Shown here piece by piece: positions 1-8,772 of a stretch of DNA of 20,000 bases. Below the pieces are notes generated by a model. It had not been told where the DNA came from. It worked only from the letters and a program-made list of their open reading frames with translations, and did not search any database. Each line of letters begins with the position of its first letter. The first letter of the stretch is position 1. The position numbers were made by a program, and so were the translations under genes. This DNA is from an uncultured virus (IMG/VR IMGVR_UViG_3300042505_000808) (lineage: Duplodnaviria; Heunggongvirae; Uroviricota; Caudoviricetes). Where the stretch lies: IMG/VR virus record IMGVR_UViG_3300042505_000808; one strand, given 5' to 3'.

Positions 1-633
1 TTTGTTAAAAAATCCGGCATCTTGTGTGGCAAACTTAGTTGCCATAATACCTTTACGTGCCCCATAGGTTCCGGCCCAATACTCGGCAGGGGACAACCCT
101 TCGCTGTAGCTACGCAGTACAGGGATTGGAATCACATCATCCCGCTGATCCGAATACAGCATGTCTGAACCTAACAAACTAGTTAAATTCATAGACTTAC
201 CGCGCGTACCTGACATTACCTGCATCCCAAGCGGATTCTTATTTAGCAATGCCTCTGCAAGTACTTGTTTTTGTTGTTCTGGACTTTCTTTACCAACGGC
301 ACGAATAATCTGCTCATTTCGCTGCTGATCTGTCAAAGATTCGTCAGATAGAATGTTGGTAAGTGTTGCTCTAACTTTCTGGCGAGAAGCTAATGCCGCT
401 TTGCTTACTTGCAAATGGCGAAGACCAAAAGACATGCCACCCTGCTCTTGAGCCATGCTTTGGCCAAGACCACTTAGCTTAAAAGAAATGTCTTTATAAC
501 GCTCTGGGTGTTGTTGTGCCACTTGCTGTAATAAAGATTGCAGCCCTTTTTTATCTAGCACACGATGAGAGTCTCTCAACTCTTCCGGAAGGACATCATT
601 AATTAACAGTTGTCCAACGGTCGTATTCAACAT
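1..633 (-). CDS. rpoC: RNA polymerase beta' subunit, C-terminal part (split rpoC); truncated by the window edge
   Basis: Not in the ORF track. Manual translation from ATG at 633 is open to position 1: MLNTTVGQLLINDVLPEELRDSHRVLDKKGLQSLL...NPLGMQVMSGTRGK...IPIPVLRSYSEGLSPAEYWAGTYGARKGIMATKFATQDAGFFNK. This matches bacterial beta' motifs TTVGR, SGARG, F.EGL and the bridge helix [25 protein letters not shown]. Confidence 0.93.
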   Translation of the reverse strand, partial: MLNTTVGQLLINDVLPEELRDSHRVLDKKGLQSLLQQVAQQHPERYKDISFKLSGLGQSMAQEQGGMSFGLRHLQVSKAALASRQKVRATLTNILSDESLTDQQRNEQIIRAVGKESPEQQKQVLAEALLNKNPLGMQVMSGTRGKSMNLTSLLGSDMLYSDQRDDVIPIPVLRSYSEGLSPAEYWAGTYGARKGIMATKFATQDAGFFNK

Positions 634-674
634 GGATAGTTCTCAGCGTGTGCAAATTATTTAAAATCTGGATT

Positions 675-1244
675 TTAGTCGTCACTATCGTCACCACCAA
701 AGGCGGCTTCGATATCTTTAAGAGTAATTTCTTCACTCTTGCCACGCTTTGCTTTCTTACGAGATGGCTTAGGTTCATCTTGTATAATAGCAGCCGCCTC
801 TGGCATACTCTCAACAACTTTGACTACTTCTTCTTTAATAGCTTCAGGAGCTAGTATAGAAAAAGATATGGAGTCTGCCTGATCACGGGTTAATTCTCCC
901 CGTCCAACCGACATGTCTACAACGATTTGCAGCTGTGTAATTATATATTCAGTGGCCTTCACTGTGATAAGCGTGGCTCCGTTTTCAAATTCAGCTTGTA
1001 TGGCTGCGAGCCCATAGCAATTATCAAGTATTTCTAACTCTACTTCTTTTTTTGGAGGAAGTTGAAGTTTAGCAATAAGAGGGGCATCTTCTAATATAGG
1101 TAGTGACATCTCGGCATAATACTTATTATTAGAAGAGTTTAAGTTAGAAGATTGTTGATAAGTAGGAGCAGGGATAGCTGTAAGGCTAACCTCTGGTTTT
1201 CGGTCTCGATAGTAGCAGTCAGAAGATCGTAAAGAATCGTCCAT
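675..1244 (-). CDS. hypothetical protein (189 aa)
   Basis: ATG start 1 nt after the upstream stop; same strand as neighbours; basic then acidic C-terminal tail; no recognised family. Confidence 0.7.
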   Translation of the reverse strand: MDDSLRSSDCYYRDRKPEVSLTAIPAPTYQQSSNLNSSNNKYYAEMSLPILEDAPLIAKLQLPPKKEVELEILDNCYGLAAIQAEFENGATLITVKATEYIITQLQIVVDMSVGRGELTRDQADSISFSILAPEAIKEEVVKVVESMPEAAAIIQDEPKPSRKKAKRGKSEEITLKDIEAAFGGDDSDD

Positions 1245-1245
1245 A

Positions 1246-1470
1246 TTACACCTGTATCTTAGTAGAAATAACGGTTTCGTTAATACCTAGTTTACGCAAA
1301 TTATCATTGAAACTGGCATCTTCACAATGAGACACCATAACGCTGGAAGAACCACCAAAAAGTGCAGCTACGCTAACTGGAGTACCATCTAGCATACGCA
1401 CTACAACCTGAGAAGCAGGTATCCTAAGTGGAGGTTTACCAATACTTTCAAGTACCTCCACGATAAACAT
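1246..1470 (-). CDS. hypothetical protein (74 aa)
   Basis: AAGGGA ribosome-binding site upstream of ATG; fills the gap between neighbours; globular-looking sequence. Confidence 0.75.
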   Translation of the reverse strand: MFIVEVLESIGKPPLRIPASQVVVRMLDGTPVSVAALFGGSSSVMVSHCEDASFNDNLRKLGINETVISTKIQV

Positions 1471-1482
1471 ATAATAAATCCC

Positions 1483-2211
1483 TTACTTGTTATTATTACG
1501 CATTAAAAGTGCAGTAGCCAACGCTGCTACACTGCCACTTTTAACAGAAGTATGTTGAGGGTAATAATCCGCAGGCAAGCTGAAAGCTGTACCACTTTCC
1601 CACGCCTCCGCTGACTTCATAGGAGCAATAGGTTGAATCTGCCCAAGACCACCACCCGACTTACCATCGGGAGTAGCTGCCGCTAATCCTGGCCCACCTT
1701 GTGCAATCTGGTTTAAGTCTTCAGGTGTTACCACCATATCAGACACAGGTACATGGATGCCAAGTGCATCAATAATCTTAGCAAGCATTTTCTTAATCTG
1801 TACGATTTCGACATTGATGTCAATTTTAGGTTTAAGACCGGGGCCTGCGCCTTGTGGTTGCCCGCCACCATTAGCTGACATTGCTTGTTGCACTGCCTGT
1901 TGAACCATCGGCATTATTGCTGCCATGGGGTCCATAGGGGGAGGAGGTGGAGCACCGCCACCCATAGAAGGATCCATAGGAGGAGGTGGGGCACCACCGC
2001 CCATAGAAGGATCCATAGGAGGAGCACCGCCCATTGAAGGGTCAGGAGGTGGAGCACCACCGCCCATAGAAGGATCCATAGGAGGAGCACCGCCAGAAGG
2101 CATAGGAGCCCCCATAGCAGGATCGCCTGCCGCAACAAATGCATATTTAGATAGGTGTCGTTTTCCTACATGTTGTCGGGCCATCTTTAACAATTCCAAA
2201 TTAACTGCCAT
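1483..2211 (-). CDS. Pro/Gly/Met-rich low-complexity protein with DPSMGG repeats
   Basis: AAGGAG lies 7 nt upstream of the ATG at 2211 (ORF track start 2217 is too close to it); repeated (M)DPSMGG(G)APP units; one amphipathic helix (INVEIVQIKKMLAKIIDALGI). Confidence 0.8.
   Translation of the reverse strand: MAVNLELLKMARQHVGKRHLSKYAFVAAGDPAMGAPMPSGGAPPMDPSMGGGAPPPDPSMGGAPPMDPSMGGGAPPPPMDPSMGGGAPPPPPMDPMAAIMPMVQQAVQQAMSANGGGQPQGAGPGLKPKIDINVEIVQIKKMLAKIIDALGIHVPVSDMVVTPEDLNQIAQGGPGLAAATPDGKSGGGLGQIQPIAPMKSAEAWESGTAFSLPADYYPQHTSVKSGSVAALATALLMRNNNK
1922..2125. repeat. imperfect coding tandem repeat (DPSMGG(G)APP units)
   Basis: Recurrent ccgcccatagaaggatccataggagga-type units of variable, in-frame length. 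Confidence 0.85.
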
Positions 2212-2283
2212 AAACATACTCCTTGTGTGATCTCATCTTATGATTCTAAGTTCTAATCAAAATCTAGGATAGAGATATATTGC

Positions 2284-5200
2284 CTAACCATTTAAAATTC
2301 GTACGGGATCGTTGATCGAAATATCTCCACGTGCATGCGCTCGTCTTACATCCTGTATATTCTGGAAAATCCTTAATGGTCGATCAGATTTACGAGAAGG
2401 ATCTGTACCCATAAATAAACCACCAATGTACTCATTAGCAGGGGCATGCATTACAGACTTCATATCACCCACACTAAAAAGATTACGACTTGGCAATAAG
2501 CGGTCAAATGCTTCTTGCCTAGCTTTTTCCGTACTTGGCACATGATAGTTCATGGTGTCGCCATCAAAGTCAGCACCAAATCCCTTCACGATCAAAGGAC
2601 TTACTTGTAGGGTATTCCCTTTAGTCAATCTTGGCCTCATCGCCATAATCCCAAACTTATGCAAAACAGGAGCACGACTAATATATACAGGACGATGCTC
2701 CATCTCTTCAAGCAAGAATTTGCGTGCTACCGGAGTCTTATCTTCTAATTGAGTACGAGCCTGCAGCATCGACATGCCTTGTCGCACCAATCTTCTAGTA
2801 ACAAATTTCTCATAGACCTTAAATGCTTTATCTTCGGGCAGCCCTACCGAGTCCATGTCCAATTCCGGATTTGGAGTAATTACCGCTCGACCTACATTGT
2901 CTACCGTAGACGAAATCAGTTTGCGTTGTACAACCCCGAACTTAGGGCTTGCACCAAACACATTTTTTAAAGCCCCACGAACATTCTTCTCTTGGCTTTT
3001 TGCACTAATAGGATCACCTAACCCAGTCACCGCTTTAAATGCTTGATAGGTAGAAAGACGCTCCGATCCCGAAGCTTCTTCCCCTACTTCTTGCTGCATT
3101 TTGCTAAAATTCTGATTAGCCTCAAACAGTTCTTTATAAAGGTGATTAGCGTCGTTAACCAATGGCATGCCATTGCTCATCAAGCTAACTGGACGAAACA
3201 TTGGAGGAAGAACTGGCACTTTGGTCAGCATGTAGTCCGCAGGCTTCAGCCCTAGTTTATGTGCAGATTTAAAATAGCTAAGCTTACGAATTGCGGCATC
3301 TCGTTGCGCCCCTCGCCCTGCGGCTATCATAGCTCGAGCTTTAGGGATTTCTGCTTCTGGATTAAGATTCTCTAATGCCTTTTGTAAAGCTTTCGTACCG
3401 GTGCCATATTTCTCTAAAAATTCTGTACCTGCCACAATGCCTTCAAACTTTTTCTGTGTTAGCCCAAGCATATGACGAATAGGTTCTTCCATTACTGGGT
3501 TAGGTAAAGGTTCGTGCAAACGCATAAACGACCAACGAGTGCCCCCGTGTCCACCAGTTTTAGCCTTGTCAAATAAGCCACCATTAATCTCTTTAAGCTG
3601 ATTTCCCCATTCTACTCCGTCTGCGCTGCTAAGCTCACGATCCCCAGCTAAGTTGTCAATGTCCTTGTCCGTCAATGCCATGATTTGAGTCTGCGTTCCT
3701 TGCTTAACCACATTAACTCCAGCAGATTGCAGCTGGGCTACAAACTTCTGATAAGCAAAAGGAACTTTAGTAACCTTAGGGTTATACCCAGACATGTACT
3801 GCATCCAATAATCATCATTCTTCTGCCTACGAATTGTAAAAATGTCCTGCAGTGTGTCCGTAGCTCCGTGAGAAAGTAATGCGTTGGCATCCATTAGCCC
3901 AATACGCTTAGAACCTTCAACACCACCTTTAGCCGGTGCATCTTCCATCGTGTAAGCTCCACCACTTCTACCTTGTCCTTTAGACTCAGAGGTGTGATGC
4001 AGTTTCATGAAGAAACGATTACCCGTTGCCACATTTTTAATTTTTTGATCTTTAGATGGGTCTATAATGTCTTCTAAGTCCGACAAACCTTCCTTAGCTA
4101 ATTCTTGCATAACCCATTGAGTCATATCTTTTTTAGTGTCAAAATCATCCACCTTAATAGGCATGCCACGCTTAGCTGCTATTTTACCTAGAAACAATTC
4201 AGACATTTGAGCTGGGTTGGTTCGGCTAATAATCCCAAGAGGATTAAGAAGCACTTCAAAAGGTTGTTTATTTGAATCATGGGGCATTTCGCTATCTGGG
4301 ATGATGTCAGCAATAACACCTTTATCCCCATAACGACCCGACAGCTTATCTCCAACCTGCGTTGGCGATTCTGCCTTAACTACAACGACTGGACCTTTCT
4401 TACCCATTACCACATCAGTAACAACACCACTATCGTGATGCTGCCAAAGTACTGCTGCGTCGTTGAATCCAGATTGACCCTTCTTATGCACTTTGTTGTA
4501 TACATTTTCCTTTTGTGTGATCCCCAATACCAAAGGATCTCCAAAGTTAACTACTGTACCAGGCTTGACCACTCCTTGATCGTCTATGTTCGCTAATATG
4601 TCTTTTTTAAAGGTAGCTGGAAATGCTTGAATAAATTGTCTTTTACCGACTTGTGTTTTGTCATCCACTTCCAACTCATGCTGGTACATATGGGAAGAAG
4701 CTGTCTTCTTTGCAAAGCTTTCTGAGATAACAACCGCATCTTCAAAGTTTTTACCCTGCCATGGGATATAGGCAGTGCGAGCATTTCGGCCTAAAGCCAT
4801 TGTTCCAGTACTGTCCGTGAAGTTAGAGCTAGCTAATAACTGATTTGGTCTAAATGTGTCACCGGGTTTAACTGCGGCAGTTTGATGAAAAAAGGTTTTA
4901 CGATTGAAAGGAAAATTATGATAAAGTTCGTGCGTTTCTTCTGTTCCGTCTGCATTACGCACTTTAATCTCTTCATCCGTCACCGAGGTAACTGTACCTC
5001 CTTGTGTTGCCCTTAAAGCTCCCATCCCAGATGAGTATAGCTCTTCATAACTTTGTTTACCGCCTGTGTGCGGAACTGCAGACTGTACCAAAGGAGCTTC
5101 AGGAGAAGCTAAAGGTAATGCTTGTGTGGTCATACGAGATGCCATCACTAATCGCTGACCTTTTACCTGACTCTTCATGGGGATGACATTAGAAAGAGGA

Positions 5201-6750
5201 TTAAATGCTTCTTCCATGTCAGGAAGCTCTAAATCAATGCTTGATTTAGGTACATGTAACATCTTACCGCCACGCATCGCCACTACACGGGCATCTTCAC
5301 CATCTTGGCTTCCGGGAAAACCAACGGTTAAGTCTGCTACATCTTGAGGAGTTTTAAAAGTCATTTCCCCGCTACGCAGATCCTTAAACTGAGCATAGAG
5401 CTTACCATCGCTTCCTTTACGAGATCCCCTAGCTAGATATGTGTCCACCCCTACACGACCCGACTCGGGAGTACGCACAGGATCCACATAACCCAACATG
5501 CTTGACTGTACATTTCTGGATTCCATGGGAATTGCATCCATAGAACCAATACCACCCTCACCCACTCGAGTAACAGACATTGTCTTTTCATAAATGTCTG
5601 TAGGATTAATTTCTTCAATCGCTTGCCCTAGCCCGCTACCGAGCAAAGCACTTTTTAACTGTTTTTCTAATGCTGAAGACGGCATCGAATCCAAATTACC
5701 TTTGCCTGACATCTTCCACAGTAGGTTACGGCGAACCCCGCCTTTATCTCGTGCAATACGCTCTGAAAACAAATCTTCTGGACCTACAAACTGCTGAAAA
5801 TGCAGTGCATCTCTATCATCCGGATCCGCTTCCTTTCTATTAACCTTTATCAGCTTTTTGGTAATGTCCATCAATGTGTCTAGTGTGACACCTGAATGTG
5901 GGTTTCCCAGCGTGCGACGATTTACCTCGGGATCCATTTCCATCTTAGAAAACTTAGCAAGCAATGCTTGTTTTTGTTTTTCTTCTGGTTCAGCTAGTTC
6001 TTTAGAAGAAAGAAACATGCCTTTAAGTCTTGTATACTCAGATGCATCATCCGAATTGTAATTAGAAGCGAATAGATCTTTACCCCAAGCTTCCTGCGCC
6101 TGCTCCGAGGTAACTCCCATAGCTTTTAACAAAGGAGTTAATCCAACTGAAGCTTGCCCAACCTTAAGCTTAAATTTGCCTTTCTCAGGGTCTAAGAAAT
6201 AACGCTGTGATACGCCTTTTCCAGGCATCACATTAACATGGGATTCAATTTCACCATTGTTCCGTGTGCGGGTGTAAACTCCGGGCAGTAACCGCTGTTG
6301 ATTTCTTAAAATGTACTCAGTGCCATTGTTAATAAAGGTACCACGCTCCGTTAAGTGTGGGACAGTGGCAAGAACTGATTTCTTGGAGGCTATCACTTGC
6401 TGTGTTGCATTATCCATTAACTCCCAAGTTCCTTCTAACCTACGACCTTGAGACCTACCATTAAGAATAGCAGCTTTCTGCTCCTGCTTGCTGGCGGTAT
6501 CCCCATCACGATAGTTTACTCCAGTTAAACTAAGCGTATGTCGGTCATTAGATATAGGTTGTACTTGCTGTGCTGCTTGCAACACTCTGTCATAAATAAT
6601 AGATTTGACTTTTTTGGTGTCGTGAAATTCATGAAAACTAGGCAATGGAGCTGCAGGCTGCATTGTTTGTAGAAGCTGTGCCTGTTGTGGCACCCCGCCT
6701 AGCAACGAGATGTTAGCAGTATCAAACAAATTAGACGAAAGTGGAAGCAT
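2284..6750 (-). CDS. rpoB: multisubunit RNA polymerase: beta fused to the N-terminal half of beta' (phage type)
   Basis: Beta motifs in order: GTFINNGTEY, TPESGRVG, RLVMASRMTTQALPL, ALGRNARTAYIPWQGKNFED, GDKLSGRYGDKG, LLNPLGIISRTN, FMKLHH. Then beta' motifs with no stop: GGLFD, VPVLPPMFRP, VDNVGRAVI, SRAPVLHKFG and the catalytic GADFDGD (2557-2577). Confidence 0.96.
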   Translation of the reverse strand: MLPLSSNLFDTANISLLGGVPQQAQLLQTMQPAAPLPSFHEFHDTKKVKSIIYDRVLQAAQQVQPISNDRHTLSLTGVNYRDGDTASKQEQKAAILNGRSQGRRLEGTWELMDNATQQVIASKKSVLATVPHLTERGTFINNGTEYILRNQQRLLPGVYTRTRNNGEIESHVNVMPGKGVSQRYFLDPEKGKFKLKVGQASVGLTPLLKAMGVTSEQAQEAWGKDLFASNYNSDDASEYTRLKGMFLSSKELAEPEEKQKQALLAKFSKMEMDPEVNRRTLGNPHSGVTLDTLMDITKKLIKVNRKEADPDDRDALHFQQFVGPEDLFSERIARDKGGVRRNLLWKMSGKGNLDSMPSSALEKQLKSALLGSGLGQAIEEINPTDIYEKTMSVTRVGEGGIGSMDAIPMESRNVQSSMLGYVDPVRTPESGRVGVDTYLARGSRKGSDGKLYAQFKDLRSGEMTFKTPQDVADLTVGFPGSQDGEDARVVAMRGGKMLHVPKSSIDLELPDMEEAFNPLSNVIPMKSQVKGQRLVMASRMTTQALPLASPEAPLVQSAVPHTGGKQSYEELYSSGMGALRATQGGTVTSVTDEEIKVRNADGTEETHELYHNFPFNRKTFFHQTAAVKPGDTFRPNQLLASSNFTDSTGTMALGRNARTAYIPWQGKNFEDAVVISESFAKKTASSHMYQHELEVDDKTQVGKRQFIQAFPATFKKDILANIDDQGVVKPGTVVNFGDPLVLGITQKENVYNKVHKKGQSGFNDAAVLWQHHDSGVVTDVVMGKKGPVVVVKAESPTQVGDKLSGRYGDKGVIADIIPDSEMPHDSNKQPFEVLLNPLGIISRTNPAQMSELFLGKIAAKRGMPIKVDDFDTKKDMTQWVMQELAKEGLSDLEDIIDPSKDQKIKNVATGNRFFMKLHHTSESKGQGRSGGAYTMEDAPAKGGVEGSKRIGLMDANALLSHGATDTLQDIFTIRRQKNDDYWMQYMSGYNPKVTKVPFAYQKFVAQLQSAGVNVVKQGTQTQIMALTDKDIDNLAGDRELSSADGVEWGNQLKEINGGLFDKAKTGGHGGTRWSFMRLHEPLPNPVMEEPIRHMLGLTQKKFEGIVAGTEFLEKYGTGTKALQKALENLNPEAEIPKARAMIAAGRGAQRDAAIRKLSYFKSAHKLGLKPADYMLTKVPVLPPMFRPVSLMSNGMPLVNDANHLYKELFEANQNFSKMQQEVGEEASGSERLSTYQAFKAVTGLGDPISAKSQEKNVRGALKNVFGASPKFGVVQRKLISSTVDNVGRAVITPNPELDMDSVGLPEDKAFKVYEKFVTRRLVRQGMSMLQARTQLEDKTPVARKFLLEEMEHRPVYISRAPVLHKFGIMAMRPRLTKGNTLQVSPLIVKGFGADFDGDTMNYHVPSTEKARQEAFDRLLPSRNLFSVGDMKSVMHAPANEYIGGLFMGTDPSRKSDRPLRIFQNIQDVRRAHARGDISINDPVRILNG

Positions 6751-6770
6751 TCATAAAACTCTAAATAAGA

Positions 6771-7565
6771 TTATATGGCATGAGGAATAGCATAAATTTC
6801 AGGAGGCTGTACTAATGCCTGCCGACGTGCTCTTTCCTCCACAGCCTCATCCAATATCGCACGCCTGCTATTCTTCTTCATTGCTTTATTGACCAAATAG
6901 TAACCAGCAGGAACACTTGATAATAACCAAGTTAAAGCTAACCCTTTGCTAATACCAGAAGCGTTTGGAAAAGTAGAATTAAATGTGTCAGAGATAGCTC
7001 CAACAGGATCTAATGCCGACTTTTGACTGTACCCTGCAAATGCTCGATCTAAATAATCATCAGTTCCTTTCTTATATGCGCCTAATAAAGCTTCCTCATA
7101 CTTCTTTTTTGAGGCTTCAAGTTTTGCTTTGCTTTCTTGTTCTTTTGCTCTGTTTAACAAAAGATCCACACCTTTCCACCCGCCATAAGCAGCAAGCGGA
7201 GCTCCTAAAAGCATACCAGGCAAATAATAGTCTAAGCCATAAGGAGAAGTTGCTCTAGAATTCGAATCAATAGCATTTTTCTCTTTTGGGTAAGCTACTG
7301 GCATATCAATTACGCGTGGCCCCTTTTTAGGATTTTTTGTATTATCAAAAAGTCCTGTAATCCCTCGAACTGCAGCTCCTGCCCCTACGCCTAATGCTAA
7401 TGTTTTAAGAATACTTTTAATTGCATCAGCTTGCATTTGCTGATTAACTTGAGTTCTGAGGTCTTCACCAATTGCACCTACTGGAGTAACAATGGGGGTT
7501 GCTGCAGATTTTTCAACTTTAATTTGTTTCAATAACTTTTTTGCACTTGTCTTATTCATGTCCAT
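6771..7565 (-). CDS. hypothetical membrane or virion-associated protein with Gly/Ala-rich hydrophobic segments
   Basis: Three hydrophobic small-residue segments (LALGVGAGAAV, GMLLGAPLAAYGGW, GLALTWLLSSVPAGYY). Start may be the ATG at 7559. Confidence 0.7.
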   Translation of the reverse strand: MDMNKTSAKKLLKQIKVEKSAATPIVTPVGAIGEDLRTQVNQQMQADAIKSILKTLALGVGAGAAVRGITGLFDNTKNPKKGPRVIDMPVAYPKEKNAIDSNSRATSPYGLDYYLPGMLLGAPLAAYGGWKGVDLLLNRAKEQESKAKLEASKKKYEEALLGAYKKGTDDYLDRAFAGYSQKSALDPVGAISDTFNSTFPNASGISKGLALTWLLSSVPAGYYLVNKAMKKNSRRAILDEAVEERARRQALVQPPEIYAIPHAI

Positions 7566-7569
7566 ATCC

Positions 7570-7944
7570 TTATGGGGTAGAGGAAGAAGGCATCAAGCAA
7601 GGATTACCATCTTCTAAGAAATATTCGAGCCATTCTGCATAGATATAATGATGCTTATCCTTCTCTTCTCGCCATCTCTCGATAAATACCAACTGATACC
7701 AAGAATTTGCCACACCATCCATGACTTTTAAATACGCTTGATTCTGTTCATTGTCTCCAGTGTAAAATGTAGCATTTTTAGGGTCTGCTACTCGTACTAG
7801 TCTATCTTCATACTCTTCGTTTTTATAAAGAGGTGCTTGATGCCCACGAAAAGGCAAACCATCTACATCCGCACGATCCCAAAATAATTGGCCTCGTTCG
7901 TTACCTTCTTTGCGATTCGTAAACTTCACTAAACTATTCGCCAT
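7570..7944 (-). CDS. hypothetical protein (124 aa)
   Basis: GAGG upstream of ATG; tightly packed between neighbours. Confidence 0.75.
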   Translation of the reverse strand: MANSLVKFTNRKEGNERGQLFWDRADVDGLPFRGHQAPLYKNEEYEDRLVRVADPKNATFYTGDNEQNQAYLKVMDGVANSWYQLVFIERWREEKDKHHYIYAEWLEYFLEDGNPCLMPSSSTP

Positions 7945-7959
7945 CTTAGCCTCTTCTAG

Positions 7960-8340
7960 TTACAGAAAAATACGCCCAGTACTTTTACGCTTTGCTTTAT
8001 AATCTTGTCGTTCTTTCTGCCTTTGCAGCTGTCCTGCTAATCTTTCATAAGTGTCTTGCAACTCTTGCCGTTTAATGTTTTCAATTCCTCGGCTACCTTC
8101 TGTGTCTGCAGCTTGGTTAGCAAAGTAAGCAGCAATACCGCCAATGGCCGGAGGAATTGCTAAACCTGCCATCAAATAAGGAGCAATAGATCCAGCTGCG
8201 CTTACAGCGTTATTAACTTCACCCATGGGGCTAAACAAACTTGCAGCCATTTTAGACAAACCATGTGTCTGCTCAGGGCTCATTCCCTCTTCAACACACC
8301 TAGACAAAAACCCAAGTTTAAATGCTTCGTGTACTTGCAT
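7960..8340 (-). CDS. hypothetical protein with one hydrophobic segment and a basic helical tail
   Basis: AGGAG lies upstream of the ATG at 8340 (MQVHEAFKLGFLSRC), a better start than 8385, which overlaps the previous gene. Confidence 0.75.
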   Translation of the reverse strand: MQVHEAFKLGFLSRCVEEGMSPEQTHGLSKMAASLFSPMGEVNNAVSAAGSIAPYLMAGLAIPPAIGGIAAYFANQAADTEGSRGIENIKRQELQDTYERLAGQLQRQKERQDYKAKRKSTGRIFL

Positions 8341-8351
8341 TAAATAATCTC

Positions 8352-8750
8352 CTAGAACGCAACACTTTTGCCACTGGTCAAACAAGATGGCATAATTACA
8401 GTGACAGGCAAACTCATCGCCTTGTGTCTCTGCACCGTAGGATCATCAGGGGCACCCTGCTCCCTTGCTTTATGTACTAAGTCTAATGCTTGTTCGATGA
8501 AACGCATATGCCGTTCCACCTCATCTTGGTGCATAAAACCTTCATTATCTTTACTGCGACCATTAGACATCATATCGTTGATGCCTTGCAATCGCAGAAG
8601 AAATTCTCGAATAGACACCACTCCATAGCTGTTGTTCCGAGAATCTTCCCAATGGAGTTGCCCTCGTTCCGCCCACCAACGAACCGCTTTTGGGTTAGTT
8701 CGAGGACCAAAGAAAACAACCCCATTATTCGTTCCAAGCAATACAGTCAT
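8352..8750 (-). CDS. hypothetical protein (132 aa)
   Basis: AAGGTG upstream of ATG; operon packing. Confidence 0.75.
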   Translation of the reverse strand: MTVLLGTNNGVVFFGPRTNPKAVRWWAERGQLHWEDSRNNSYGVVSIREFLLRLQGINDMMSNGRSKDNEGFMHQDEVERHMRFIEQALDLVHKAREQGAPDDPTVQRHKAMSLPVTVIMPSCLTSGKSVAF

Positions 8751-8772
8751 ATCACACCTTAAAATCTAGAAT

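Noticed and set aside
599..854. ORF-track entries 599..817 (-) and 648..854 (+)
   Set aside because: They overlap the better-supported 675..1244 gene (the first also overlaps the beta' C-terminal start at 633) and have no motifs.
1922..2125. Possible CRISPR array
   Set aside because: Units abut without unique spacers, stay in frame and encode a peptide repeat.
1914..2230. Repetitive ORFs 1914..2144 (-, Leu/Trp-rich) and 1925..2230 (+)
   Set aside because: Shadow frames of the DPSMGG repeat gene; the transmembrane-like look is a by-product of the repeat.
2312..6061. Short plus-strand ORFs inside the RNAP gene
   Set aside because: Antisense shadows of a clearly coding frame.
2284..6750. Ordinary bacterial rpoBC operon, or an intein/intron explaining the split
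   Set aside because: No rplKAJL or rpsL context and the sequence is very divergent. No intein terminal motifs or intron-encoded protein seen, and the second half has its own ATG.
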